Source: Candidatus Omnitrophota bacterium
GTDB taxonomy: Bacteria; Omnitrophota; Omnitrophia; Omnitrophales; Aquincolibacteriaceae
NCBI GenBank assembly: GCA_043732705.1
Contig: JAYTHE010000006.1
Coordinates: 12,284-76,283, forward strand
DNA: 64,000 bases
Direction: 5' to 3'
The position numbers were made by a program, and so were the translations under genes. Shown piece by piece: positions 38,290 through 48,295 of the stretch (its first letter is position 1; each line of letters begins with the position of its first letter). The notes under the pieces were generated by a model that was not told where the DNA came from, ran no database searches, and saw only the letters and a list, made by a program, of their open reading frames with translations.

Positions 38290-38378
38290 TTTCAAGCTTT
38301 GCGTTCCTCAACGTACCAGACCGTACGCCTCGGAAAACTTCACTTCATAAGCCTTGTATCCAAAGCCTTTTGAGTCAA
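38290..38378 (+). repeat. Partial family-A repeat, preceded by a family-G hairpin
   Basis: ACGTAC-N-GTACGCCTC...GCCTTGTATC...TTTTGA. Confidence 0.55.
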
Positions 38379-38450
38379 AACTCCTCTAAAAACACCATAA
38401 ATTTTAGCTTAAATTGGCCTCTCAATTTGTTACAATACCCGTTCTTAAAT

Positions 38451-38529
38451 GAGCGCATAACATGCGGAACGAAGTGAACGTAAGTTATAGACGCGAATTT
38501 ATACCGGGCGCGTAGCTAGAAAGACCGGT
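38451..38529 (+). repeat. Two-copy repeat (family F) in the dapF leader
   Basis: Matches 24509-24567, with an internal insert containing GAACGAAGTGAA. Confidence 0.6.
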
Positions 38530-38569
38530 GCTTAGTAGTAAGCTGCAAAGCAGCTTTCCATAGGAAAAA

Positions 38570-39409
38570 ATGCCTAAGACAATTCGTTTTCACAAAATGC
38601 AGGCTTCGGGCAATGACTTTGTGGTAATCGATCTGCGCAAGCAGTCGCTTTCCAATCTCAAAGCATTTGCCGCCAAAGTATGTCCGATTCACACAGGTAT
38701 CGGTGCTGATGGCGTGCTTGTGATTGAAGCTTCCAGGAAGGCTGATTTCAAGGCACGTATTTTTAATTCAGACGGTAGTGAAGCGGAAGCCTGTGGAAAC
38801 GGGTTTCGCTGCGTCGGCCGTTTCGCACGCGATATTTTAAAGTTTCCCGCGAAGATGCAATTTGAATCCGTTTCCGGTTTGATTTCCGCGGAAGTTAAAA
38901 AAGACAAGGTCCGCGTCCAATTGGTTCAGCCCAAAGTCCTGCAAGAAAATGGTGCCCTTTCAATCGACAGTGAAAATTTCGCCTATGACTTTTTTAATAC
39001 CGGAGTTCCGCATGTCGTTATTTTTTCGGAACGTTTAGAAAAGGCGAATGTGTTTGAATGGGGACGCGCAATCCGTAACCACAAAAAGTTTGCGCCCAAA
39101 GGTACCAATGTTAATTTCGTCCAGTGTCTTTTTAAAGCCGGAAAGCCGGCGGGTCGCGGCGTTTCTAGAATTAAGGTGAGAACTTATGAACGCGGTGTCG
39201 AAGATGAGACGCTGGCTTGCGGGACGGGCTCTACGGCTTCCGCGCTCGCGGCGATTTTAAAATTTAACATGAAGTCGCCGGTTGAAGTTTTAACGCGCGG
39301 CGGCGAAGCTTTGAAGGTTTCTTTTGAATTTGATAATCAAGGGCTTCCGCTCAAGGCTTTTCTTGAAGGCGGCGCTCACGTGGTCTATGAAGGAAAAATA
39401 ACTTTATGA
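38570..39409 (+). CDS. dapF: Diaminopimelate epimerase
   Basis: GNDFVV, GIGADG, NSDGS..CGNG and ERGVEDETLACGTG. Confidence 0.96.
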   Translation: MPKTIRFHKMQASGNDFVVIDLRKQSLSNLKAFAAKVCPIHTGIGADGVLVIEASRKADFKARIFNSDGSEAEACGNGFRCVGRFARDILKFPAKMQFESVSGLISAEVKKDKVRVQLVQPKVLQENGALSIDSENFAYDFFNTGVPHVVIFSERLEKANVFEWGRAIRNHKKFAPKGTNVNFVQCLFKAGKPAGRGVSRIKVRTYERGVEDETLACGTGSTASALAAILKFNMKSPVEVLTRGGEALKVSFEFDNQGLPLKAFLEGGAHVVYEGKITL

Positions 39410-40290
39410 GAAAAAAGACGAAACTGCAAGGTTCGATGGTCGCGCTTGTTACACCGCTCAAAAATAATCAGGTGGATGAAAAAGCGCTCAAAGGCTTGAT
39501 CGATTTTCAAATTAAAAACGGCACCGATGTGATCATTCCCTGCGGAACAACGGGTGAATCCTCAACCATGACGCATGAAGAGCATCGCAAGATGATGTCT
39601 TTTGTGGTGGATTATGTGAACGGCCGTGTGCCTGTAGTTTGCGGCGCAGGCTCGAACAATACAGCGGAATCACTTGGCTTAATGCAGCACGCCAAAAAAA
39701 TCGGCGCGGACGGTGTTCTGGTCGTGACACCTTATTATAACAAGCCCACCCAAGAGGGCATGTATAAGCATTATGAGCATTTAGCGCGTAAAGTGGATTT
39801 GCCGATCATTCTTTATAATGTTCCGGGCCGGACGGGGGTTTCGATCGCGCCGGATACAGTGGCAAGACTCGCAAAAATCGATACGGTTGTTGCAATCAAG
39901 GAAGCGAGCGGCAGTTTGGCGCAGGTGGACCAGATTCAGCAGCGCTGCGATTTACCGATCCTTTCCGGCGAAGACTCGCTGACTTTTCCGATGATTATGT
40001 TGGGCGCGGTCGGCGCGATTTCTGTTACGGCTAATATCGTACCCAAACTGCACAGTGATTTGGTGCATGCCTCACTGAAGGGTGATTTAAAAAAAGCAAA
40101 AGCATGCCATGAAAAGCATCTTGATTTAGCGCAGGTGCTTTTTATTGAAGCCAATCCGATTCCGGTCAAAACTGCGTTGGCTTTAATGCGAAAAATTGAA
40201 CTCGAATTTCGTTTACCGCTTTGCCCGATGGTACGCGCGAATGAAGAAAAATTAGCGGCTTCGCTTAAAAAAATGGGGTTAATCAAATGA
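39406..40290 (+). CDS. dapA: 4-hydroxy-tetrahydrodipicolinate synthase
   Basis: GTTGES, PYYNKP, YNVPGRT, KEASG and NPIPVK. Confidence 0.97.
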   Translation: MRKKTKLQGSMVALVTPLKNNQVDEKALKGLIDFQIKNGTDVIIPCGTTGESSTMTHEEHRKMMSFVVDYVNGRVPVVCGAGSNNTAESLGLMQHAKKIGADGVLVVTPYYNKPTQEGMYKHYEHLARKVDLPIILYNVPGRTGVSIAPDTVARLAKIDTVVAIKEASGSLAQVDQIQQRCDLPILSGEDSLTFPMIMLGAVGAISVTANIVPKLHSDLVHASLKGDLKKAKACHEKHLDLAQVLFIEANPIPVKTALALMRKIELEFRLPLCPMVRANEEKLAASLKKMGLIK

Positions 40291-41090
40291 CACGGATTGT
40301 AATGGCCGGCGCTTGCGGAAGAATGGGGCAATCTATTTTGAGATTGGCGTCACAGGATAAAGCTTTTCAAATCGCGGGCGGAGTGGAACAAAAAGGTCAT
40401 CCGGATTTAGGCCGCGATATCGGAGATGTCCTCGGTTTTAAAAAAACCGGCGCGCAATTAACCTGCGACATGACGACTGCGTCCAAAGGCGCGGATGTGA
40501 TTATTGACTTTACGCACCCGTCGAGTTTGGATAAGCATCTTGAAGCCGCTTTTAAAAATAAAACCGGACTTGTTGTCGGAACCACCGGTTTGACGGATGT
40601 TCACCGCGCAAAATTGAAACTTGCTTCCAAGAAAATTGCGATTGTACAGTCTCCGAATATGAGCGTCGGCGTGAACCTGCTTTTTAAATTAACACAGCTT
40701 GCCGCGGAAGTTTTGGATGAAAGCTATGACATGGAAATTTCCGAGATTCATCATAAGCTGAAAAAAGACGCACCCAGCGGAACAGCGGTTAAGTTGCTTG
40801 AGATTTTAGCTGAAGCTAAAAAAAGAAATTTAAAGCGCGACGCGGTTTATGGGCGCGAAGGTGAAGTCGGTGCCCGTAAGCAGAATGAAATCGGCTGCTT
40901 TGCGCTGCGCGGAGGCGATGTGGTGGGCGAACATCATGTTTTCTTCTTCGGAGCGGGTGAGCGCGTGGAGCTTGTGCATCAAGCAACTTCCCGGGACGCT
41001 TTCGCCAAGGGCGCCCTGGTCGCGGCCGGGTTTTTAGCGAAGAAAAGACACGGGCTTTTCACTATGCAGGATGTGTTAGGGATGGCATAA
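40287..41090 (+). CDS. dapB: 4-hydroxy-tetrahydrodipicolinate reductase
   Basis: GACGRMG, IDFT, EIHHKLKKDAPSGTA and RGGDVVGEH. Confidence 0.97.
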   Translation: MTRIVMAGACGRMGQSILRLASQDKAFQIAGGVEQKGHPDLGRDIGDVLGFKKTGAQLTCDMTTASKGADVIIDFTHPSSLDKHLEAAFKNKTGLVVGTTGLTDVHRAKLKLASKKIAIVQSPNMSVGVNLLFKLTQLAAEVLDESYDMEISEIHHKLKKDAPSGTAVKLLEILAEAKKRNLKRDAVYGREGEVGARKQNEIGCFALRGGDVVGEHHVFFFGAGERVELVHQATSRDAFAKGALVAAGFLAKKRHGLFTMQDVLGMA

Positions 41091-41130
41091 TACGCCGTTT
41101 AAATTTTTTTAATCGCCTTGCTTATATTGA

Positions 41131-42843
41131 ATGAAAAAAAATCCTTCTAGTTTGATTGCCCTAGTGGGCGTTTTTTGTGTTTTTGCCCTCACGCCGAATC
41201 TTCTTTCGGCGCAAACCTCTTTTTCCGACAATTCCGATATAAAGTCGTCCGATCTCAATTTAGATAAAGAGTTAGACAAGGCTATGGCCAAAGAAGGCAA
41301 ATCTTCTCCGACTCATGTCGCGGGAAAACCTGCACTTGAAACCTCAGCCCAATTGCACAAAGTTAAAGAAGCTCCCAAGCCGAATCTTTTCGCAAAAACA
41401 TTTTTTGCTTCACCCGCGAAAAAATCCGAATCCATCGCGACTGATGTTCAAGGGTTTACTGTGGTTCACACTCCTTCCCGGAAAATGGACTCGGAATATG
41501 CCGTGATCACCGACTTTGGCGGCGAGGTAGTAAAGACCCGATATCTGAAAGGTCTCAAAACAATTGATGACGTGAATGACTATGTTCAAAAGAATTTAGA
41601 AACAGCGGAAGAAGGAAATGTTGAAATTCGCAAAATGAAATTGCCGGGTGAGGGTGGTCAAACTCTTTTTTGGGTGGGCGATAAATCTTTCACCAGCTTG
41701 GATGAGGCTAAACAATGGATCGCGAAAGTTCGCCAGCAGGTTGTGGAGATCGGCGGTAACTTTGATGAAATGGTGAGCGAGGCTCAAACGCCCGTTGAGA
41801 TTGAAAATGAATATGTGACCCAATTTGACCAGCAAGATTACATTCCGAATCAGAAAAAAGAAGAAGATATGGTTTTGAAATGGGCCGATCAAATGGATCT
41901 TGGCGAAGAACTTTGGGGGCCTTTCCATGGCGATCCCGCGGGTGAGCCGATCCTGTGGCAGTCATTCGGTGAAACTACTTATCGTAAAACAAATCTTGAA
42001 GACAACAAATATAATAGTCAGGTCGCGTATTGGACTAACCGGGTTGTTTTACGAGGCATTCGGTTTCCGCTTAACACCTTGGACCCTTACCTTGAAACGA
42101 CCGCGGTTATGGAAGCCGTCTCGGAAGATTATAAAAGCTACGCTGACTTTTTTGCGGGTGTGGAATGGCGGCCGCTCGCGCGCAATCATTGGCTTGAAAA
42201 TTACCGTCCGATAGGCAATATCAGTATTTTAAAATGGATACGTAATTACCGGTTTTATGTTCAGTACGGTGACCGCAAAAACATCAAAGACGAAATTCAG
42301 GCTAAAGATTGGGATTATCAAGCCGGCGTGCAAATGTTTTATGAGTTTGGAGTTGAACTTCCGGATTTGAGTCAGCCGGCCCCCGAAAGTTTCCCCGAAT
42401 ATTTACAGGAATATGTTTGGGGTGAGTATTTCGCGAAATATCGTTACGAACGCACAAGCTTTTCCACAGACAAAGACTCTCGAGCGATCATTCTTGAAAA
42501 CTCGCTGATTTTGGGACTTAAGATGCCTGGCATTCCTTTACCGGAGAATCCCGTAAACAATGAAATTAAACTCATGCCGTATATTCACCTCAATCAAACT
42601 TGGAATGATAACCATTCTTTTTCTTATCAGAACTATTATTATGTCGGCGCGGGCGTGCGCTGGATGCCTTTTAATACATGGCGGCATAAAGAAAACGAAT
42701 GGCTTTCTAAGATTAAAGTATTTGGTGAATGGATTGCGATTGGCAAGACGCAATATGTGAAAGTCGACAGCTCAGAGAATGGCGACAATTTAGTCCGCAA
42801 TGATTTACGTTTCGGCGTCAGCTTCGCGAGCCGCAGATACTAA
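41131..42843 (+). CDS. Hypothetical exported protein with a probable C-terminal beta-barrel
   Basis: Signal peptide; the C-terminal half has alternating aromatic strands and ends FGVSFASRRY. Confidence 0.65.
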   Translation: MKKNPSSLIALVGVFCVFALTPNLLSAQTSFSDNSDIKSSDLNLDKELDKAMAKEGKSSPTHVAGKPALETSAQLHKVKEAPKPNLFAKTFFASPAKKSESIATDVQGFTVVHTPSRKMDSEYAVITDFGGEVVKTRYLKGLKTIDDVNDYVQKNLETAEEGNVEIRKMKLPGEGGQTLFWVGDKSFTSLDEAKQWIAKVRQQVVEIGGNFDEMVSEAQTPVEIENEYVTQFDQQDYIPNQKKEEDMVLKWADQMDLGEELWGPFHGDPAGEPILWQSFGETTYRKTNLEDNKYNSQVAYWTNRVVLRGIRFPLNTLDPYLETTAVMEAVSEDYKSYADFFAGVEWRPLARNHWLENYRPIGNISILKWIRNYRFYVQYGDRKNIKDEIQAKDWDYQAGVQMFYEFGVELPDLSQPAPESFPEYLQEYVWGEYFAKYRYERTSFSTDKDSRAIILENSLILGLKMPGIPLPENPVNNEIKLMPYIHLNQTWNDNHSFSYQNYYYVGAGVRWMPFNTWRHKENEWLSKIKVFGEWIAIGKTQYVKVDSSENGDNLVRNDLRFGVSFASRRY

Positions 42844-42895
42844 ATTAAAGAAACCCCCGAGGTTGTTGAAAGCATCTTCGGGGTTGTGTTGGCTC

Positions 42896-42967
42896 TGTCA
42901 TCCCCGCGAAGGCGGGGACCCAGGTCAAAAATTTAAAACTAGATTCCCGACCAAGTCGGGAATGACA
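42896..42967. repeat. REP-like double palindrome (family E)
   Basis: TGTCATCCCCGCGAAGGCGGGGACCCAG...AGATTCCCGACCAAGTCGGGAATGACA. Confidence 0.85.
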
Positions 42968-42968
42968 A

Positions 42969-45900
42969 ATGAAAAAAGAAATTAAAAAAGTAATTTCGGG
43001 ATTGATGATTGCCGCGCTCGTTTTGACGGGTTTGCAGCCGCATGCCTTTGCCCGCGCCATCATGGAGTCCTCGCCGGTTTCAACGGATCCTTTTTCAATT
43101 CACAATTCTTTGATTAATCCGGGCTTTGAAGGCGCTATCAGCAGCGGCTTTGGAAATTGGGATAGTACTAATGGAGTTACGCGTGTAACAACGCCCCCAG
43201 GACTTTTTACAGCCTTCCCTGAAGGAAGCGCGGCGCTTTCCGTTACGCCGGGAACTTTTACTTTTCAGGTTGTGGATCATGTTAAGCCCGGGGATGTTGT
43301 GTCATTTAGTGCTTTGGCATCGTCTAACTTTGCCATCGGCGTTAATGCGGCAGATTTGAAGATAGAATTTAAAAGAATTAATTCCGACGGTAGTGACACT
43401 TTAATTTCAACGGCGCCTCTTTCCTCCAATATAAACGATACAAGCGCTCCTGTTGGGAGTTATACACTTTTTACTGCTTCCGGAGTTGTGCCGGCGGGTG
43501 CGAATCGTGTTATTGCGGTCATTGAGACATCGGGTGGGGCGGCGGCGACTCGCGCTATTATTGATAAGACTGTGATTTCCATTAATCCGACGGCTTTCCG
43601 TGTCGAGCTCTCGAAGCGCAGTGCGAAGGCCGGTGATGTGGTTCCCGCGCGCGTTACTTTTACCAATCAATCTAATAGTACCTTTACCGGTGTCCAATTG
43701 CATACGGTGGTTCCCAAAGGCATGAATGTGAATCTCTCTGAGGTTCGTAATAATGGACAAGACGCGCATGCCACCGAAGGTTCGGTGATTATACCGATCG
43801 GGACCGTCGTTGCGGGCGCTAGCTTCAGCCTCGTGCTTCCGATCGCGATTACCGGTGGAGTGATGCCGGGGCATGTTTACGATCTTGATTTTACTTTGAT
43901 GGATTCTGCGAGCATGCATGAAACCGCGCGCGAACGGCTTTTGATCGAAGAAGACCCGATGTTTGACCAAAGCACTGTGATCGGAAAAGTTTTTCATGAC
44001 CGCAACCGCGACGGCAAACAGCAGGAAGGTGAAGAGGGCATGTCTTTCGTGAACCTTTACACCGAGCAAGGCATTATGGTTACAACCGATGAAAACGGAA
44101 TGTACCATATTCCTAATATGAATCCCGGCCGCCATGTGCTTAAGATTGACGCGCATACTCTTCCCGACAACACAGAATTTATTACCGAAGAATCTTATTT
44201 GTTTAAAAGTACTCCGGGCGTGATGAATAAAGTTAATTTTGCTGTGGCTCCGCGCGGCAAGGCAGATTGGGAAGGCGGCAATCCAAACATGCCTGAGGAC
44301 TTTAAAGGCGACCTCAATGTGCAGATTACGCAGGGTTTGGACACAGCTCCGCCGCAGCTTGACGTGAAGATGGAACCGGATGTTTTACGTTTGGGCGCCG
44401 GCATTTTAGAGCGTCAACCTCTTTTCAGTTTTGACATTAATTATCCGCATGTGGTGAAAAAGTGGATGCTTGAAATTCGCGATGAAATGGGCCGCAAGGT
44501 TTGGTCGGGTTATGGTATTGGAAAACCTCCCGCGGACGTGATGTGGGAAGGATTAACGGACGCGGGCGTTCTGATTCAACCCGGAATTTATTCTTATCAG
44601 TTTAAAGTAGAAGATGACAAAGGCCGGCAGGATTGGACTTTGCTCAAATTTTTCCGTGTCTTTTCAAAGGTCGGGAAAACCGCTGTCGGAGAGGATTGGG
44701 AAGGTTCGCGCAAAGAAGAAAAGGTTTATCAGGCCAGCCCCAAAGCGGATCCGAATTACCGCGAAGAAATTTCACCCGTCGGAAATTTCAATCTTTTTCA
44801 AGACGGGAAACGCAGCATTCCTTTGATTGCCAAACCAACCGTACGTGTACGCGGGCGAACACATCCGGGTTTTAAAGCGTATATCAATGACGCGCCGGTG
44901 GATGTGAATGATGAAACGGGCCGTTTCGATAAAGAATTTTACGTGAAGCCCGGTGAAAATGAATTTGTAATCAATGTCGTTTCACCGGAAGGGGAAAGCA
45001 CGCTTTATACCGAAAAAGTGAAAGTTAAAGACAGTATGTTTTTCATGGTCGGATTGGGCGAGCAGGAATTGGGTAAAAATTTTGGAAAAGGAGCTGTTGA
45101 GACGGCGGGCGGCGATAAGCAGTATCGGGATGGTTTTTATCAGAATGGACGTTTGGCTTATTTTCTGAAAGGTAAGTTGAAAGGAAAATTCCTGATTAAA
45201 TCGAAGTTTGATTCCGGCGATAAGCGTTCGGCGCTTTTTACCAATCTTGATCCCGATCAGTACTATCCGATTTATGGTGATAAATCGCAGATCAGTTATG
45301 AGGGGCTCAATACCGAATCCCGTTTTTACACGCTTGTAGAAATGGACCGCTCTTTTTTACGCTGGGGAAGTTTTCAAACGCAATTTGATGATACCGAATT
45401 AGCCAGCTATAACCGCACGCTTTCCGGTTTACAGGTTCACCACGAATCGCTACAAACCACGCCTTACGGCGACCCTAAACGCGGCTTTAAAGTTTTTTGG
45501 TCTGAAAGCAAAAATCGGTCAGCGCATGTGGAGCTCGAATCCACCGGCGGGACACTTTATTATCTGCGCGATCGCAATATTGTTCAGGGCAGCGAACAGC
45601 TGCATGTTGAGATCCGGGATAAACTGCAGGACATTTCCATCGGCCGCTATGATCTGAAAGAAGGTGCGGATTATGAAATTGATTATGAATCCGGCAGAAT
45701 TATGCTCACTCGTCCGCTTTCATCGCTTGCCGCGCCGAACACGCTTTTTTCAACCGACCTGGCTGACGGCAACAGAATTTTTTTAACGGCTGATTATGAA
45801 TATGTCGCTGGCTTTGATCCCGCGAAAGTCGGAGATCGCGGCGCGCGCGGCTATGTGCATTTGGGCGACCACATTCGTGTGGGCGGAACACTTGTTGAAG

Positions 45901-47738
45901 AAAAGCGTGACGCGGTGGATTACGATATGCGCGGAGTCGACATGACCATGAAATTCGGCCGCAATACGCGCATTATTTCGGAGTATGCTACGACCATCAA
46001 TCAGCAGGGAGACCAGACGGTTTCTTATGACGGAGGTTTGACATTCGCGAATCTGGGGCCGCTTTCGGACCGCAAAGATGAAGCTCGCAGCCGCGCTTAT
46101 TTAATTAAAGCTGAAAGTAAACCGGTTAAGAACTTAGAAGTGAGCGGATTTTTACAAGGCGTATCGCCGGGCTTTTCAAATGATACTTTGAAAAGCCAGG
46201 AAGGTTATAAAAAGTATGGTTTCGCGAGTCGTTATCGTTTGACGGACAATTTACACGCCAAATACCGCTATGATCATAATGAGATCACAGACAGCCTGCT
46301 GCCGTTGACTTCCAGTTCCGTTTTAGCACCGTATGAAAATATGAACGCGCATACGCTGGGCCTGACTTATGACGATGGCCTTTGGCTCGCAGAGACTGAA
46401 TATCTTCACCGAACCCTTGATGGTCCTGACAATGAAAGCCGTGTTTCGCCTTCGCTTGAATCCGAAATTCCTTTTAATGACGGTGTGGTCTCCAAATTAG
46501 GATACCGCGTGAATGACAAATTCATGCCTTATGCCAAGGCACAAACTTCCTTTCATACGAAGGGTGACACGCAGCTTGGCGGCGGCATGCGCTATGAAGT
46601 TGCGCAAAATCTTTACGCTTACCTTGAACAGATGTTCGGTAAAATCGGAGATTCCACTTTATTTGGAATTGAAAAGCATCACGGCAATGGATCAAGCACT
46701 TATGCCAATTTAAAATCACTCGACCGTGGTATTGGCTACAAAACATTGACGACCGCGGTCGGCAGTAATTATTTCATGGATAACGGTTCGCGGCTTTATT
46801 CGGAGCGCGAAATCACGACCTACAATGCCAAAGATGGCTTTGCCGACATTATGGGTTACGATGGCAAGGCCGGTGATCATTGGGATTACGGCGGACGTTT
46901 TGAGCGCCGCCGTCTGCAGGATTCAACCACCCAGCGTTTAGATATTTTAGCCAGCAGCGCCCTTGCGCGCGCGAATGCTTATAACACCGTGGGCGCACAT
47001 GTGGCCTACATTGGTACGGAACAAAGAGAAGGCGCGGGCGCGGCTCAGCATTATTCTCCTTTCGATAAACTGAAAGCACGCGTTTCGGGCGAAGTTCGTA
47101 AAGATCAAAATAACCCCAATCTTTGGCAGGTGGTAACGCGTGATTCCGTTGAATACAAAATAACCCGTGATTTAAATTTTATGACCTACTTGAATTCCGG
47201 CGTGACGCATTTAACAAAGCATGTTTTTAATGCTGATTTTATGGAGTGGAATACAGGCTTTGCCTACCGCCCGATCAATTTCGACCGTCTCAATTTACTG
47301 ACGCGTTATACTTATGTTGAAAACAATCTTGATTATTTACAGTTGAGCGGCAAGCTGGATAGCTCGGCGCACATTATTCAGCTTGATGCGTCCTATGACG
47401 TGAACCGTTATTTTGAGATTGTTGAGAAGGTTGGTTTCAAGCGCGCGGTCGCGTCTTATTTTTCTGATGATGCCATACTGAATTCGATGCTTTGGGCAAA
47501 CCGCATTAACTTTCACGTTACACGGAAATGGGATGTCGCGACAGAGTATCGCATCCTTTTTCAGGGGAATGCCGCGGACACGAAAAAACACGGAGCTCTT
47601 TTTGAAGTGGACCGCGAAATTTATGAATATGTGCGTGTCGGCGCCGGTTATGACTTTGCTAATTTTACCGATGACCTGAGAAAGGCCAACAACTACTCAA
47701 GTCACGGGCCTTTTGTCCGTATGACAGGGAAGTTCTAA
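42969..47738 (+). CDS. 1589-aa outer-membrane protein: CBM-like N-domain, DUF11-like, SdrD-B-like and FlgD-Ig-like domains, C-terminal beta-barrel
   Basis: Signal peptide; LINPGFEG; GDVV..VTFTN; IGKVFHDRNRDGKQQEGEEG; WEG..D.G..PGIYSY; GRLAYFLKG; GYDFANFTDDL; terminal Phe. Confidence 0.75.
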   Translation: MKKEIKKVISGLMIAALVLTGLQPHAFARAIMESSPVSTDPFSIHNSLINPGFEGAISSGFGNWDSTNGVTRVTTPPGLFTAFPEGSAALSVTPGTFTFQVVDHVKPGDVVSFSALASSNFAIGVNAADLKIEFKRINSDGSDTLISTAPLSSNINDTSAPVGSYTLFTASGVVPAGANRVIAVIETSGGAAATRAIIDKTVISINPTAFRVELSKRSAKAGDVVPARVTFTNQSNSTFTGVQLHTVVPKGMNVNLSEVRNNGQDAHATEGSVIIPIGTVVAGASFSLVLPIAITGGVMPGHVYDLDFTLMDSASMHETARERLLIEEDPMFDQSTVIGKVFHDRNRDGKQQEGEEGMSFVNLYTEQGIMVTTDENGMYHIPNMNPGRHVLKIDAHTLPDNTEFITEESYLFKSTPGVMNKVNFAVAPRGKADWEGGNPNMPEDFKGDLNVQITQGLDTAPPQLDVKMEPDVLRLGAGILERQPLFSFDINYPHVVKKWMLEIRDEMGRKVWSGYGIGKPPADVMWEGLTDAGVLIQPGIYSYQFKVEDDKGRQDWTLLKFFRVFSKVGKTAVGEDWEGSRKEEKVYQASPKADPNYREEISPVGNFNLFQDGKRSIPLIAKPTVRVRGRTHPGFKAYINDAPVDVNDETGRFDKEFYVKPGENEFVINVVSPEGESTLYTEKVKVKDSMFFMVGLGEQELGKNFGKGAVETAGGDKQYRDGFYQNGRLAYFLKGKLKGKFLIKSKFDSGDKRSALFTNLDPDQYYPIYGDKSQISYEGLNTESRFYTLVEMDRSFLRWGSFQTQFDDTELASYNRTLSGLQVHHESLQTTPYGDPKRGFKVFWSESKNRSAHVELESTGGTLYYLRDRNIVQGSEQLHVEIRDKLQDISIGRYDLKEGADYEIDYESGRIMLTRPLSSLAAPNTLFSTDLADGNRIFLTADYEYVAGFDPAKVGDRGARGYVHLGDHIRVGGTLVEEKRDAVDYDMRGVDMTMKFGRNTRIISEYATTINQQGDQTVSYDGGLTFANLGPLSDRKDEARSRAYLIKAESKPVKNLEVSGFLQGVSPGFSNDTLKSQEGYKKYGFASRYRLTDNLHAKYRYDHNEITDSLLPLTSSSVLAPYENMNAHTLGLTYDDGLWLAETEYLHRTLDGPDNESRVSPSLESEIPFNDGVVSKLGYRVNDKFMPYAKAQTSFHTKGDTQLGGGMRYEVAQNLYAYLEQMFGKIGDSTLFGIEKHHGNGSSTYANLKSLDRGIGYKTLTTAVGSNYFMDNGSRLYSEREITTYNAKDGFADIMGYDGKAGDHWDYGGRFERRRLQDSTTQRLDILASSALARANAYNTVGAHVAYIGTEQREGAGAAQHYSPFDKLKARVSGEVRKDQNNPNLWQVVTRDSVEYKITRDLNFMTYLNSGVTHLTKHVFNADFMEWNTGFAYRPINFDRLNLLTRYTYVENNLDYLQLSGKLDSSAHIIQLDASYDVNRYFEIVEKVGFKRAVASYFSDDAILNSMLWANRINFHVTRKWDVATEYRILFQGNAADTKKHGALFEVDREIYEYVRVGAGYDFANFTDDLRKANNYSSHGPFVRMTGKF

Positions 47739-47752
47739 CTCGAGTTGTTTTC

Positions 47753-47857
47753 GTTCTGAGCTATTTCTTCTTGCTTCTGCGCATTGCACAACCAGCGAAG
47801 TAGCTCAACTGCGGTTTGCGTGGCACAGTTTTTTTGCTCTGTGCTTCACACAACTGC
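47753..47857. repeat. Cluster of family-D hairpins, including a nested pair
   Basis: TCTGAGCTA[...GCTTCTGCGCATTGCACAACC...]TAGCTCAACTGC, then GCTCTGTGCTTCACACAACTGC. Confidence 0.7.
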
Positions 47858-47887
47858 AATTTGCATTAATTTTTAAACGGAGGAACT

Positions 47888-48295
47888 ATGCGATCAAAAT
47901 ATTTGGCCGGGACGTATTTATGTTTTGCGCTTGGCTTGGCCGCCTGTGCGGGATCCCAAAAATATCTTCCGATTGAACAAATTCCCGCCGGAAACAACGA
48001 AGAAATTCACGTTGCGAAGGCTTATGACTTTGTTTATCTGAATGTTTTTGATACGGTGAATGCTCTTCCTGACTGGGCTCCGGATAAGACCTTGAAAGAT
48101 GAGGGGCTGATTCGTTTGAAGAACACGCAGTTTTCACGCTTTGATGACTCAAGCAATCGTGTTATTAATCTTCATATCCGCCGCGATAGCGCGCTGCAAA
48201 CAAGCGTTTACCTCGATCCTGACTCCCGTCGTGTCATCGGCGCGGATCAAGTTTTGGCTGCGATCCGCAAAAAGTTCAGCATCCCGGCAGCTTGA
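47888..48295 (+). CDS. Hypothetical lipoprotein
   Basis: Lipobox LAAC and GGAGG Shine-Dalgarno; overlaps the uvrA start. Confidence 0.75.
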   Translation: MRSKYLAGTYLCFALGLAACAGSQKYLPIEQIPAGNNEEIHVAKAYDFVYLNVFDTVNALPDWAPDKTLKDEGLIRLKNTQFSRFDDSSNRVINLHIRRDSALQTSVYLDPDSRRVIGADQVLAAIRKKFSIPAA

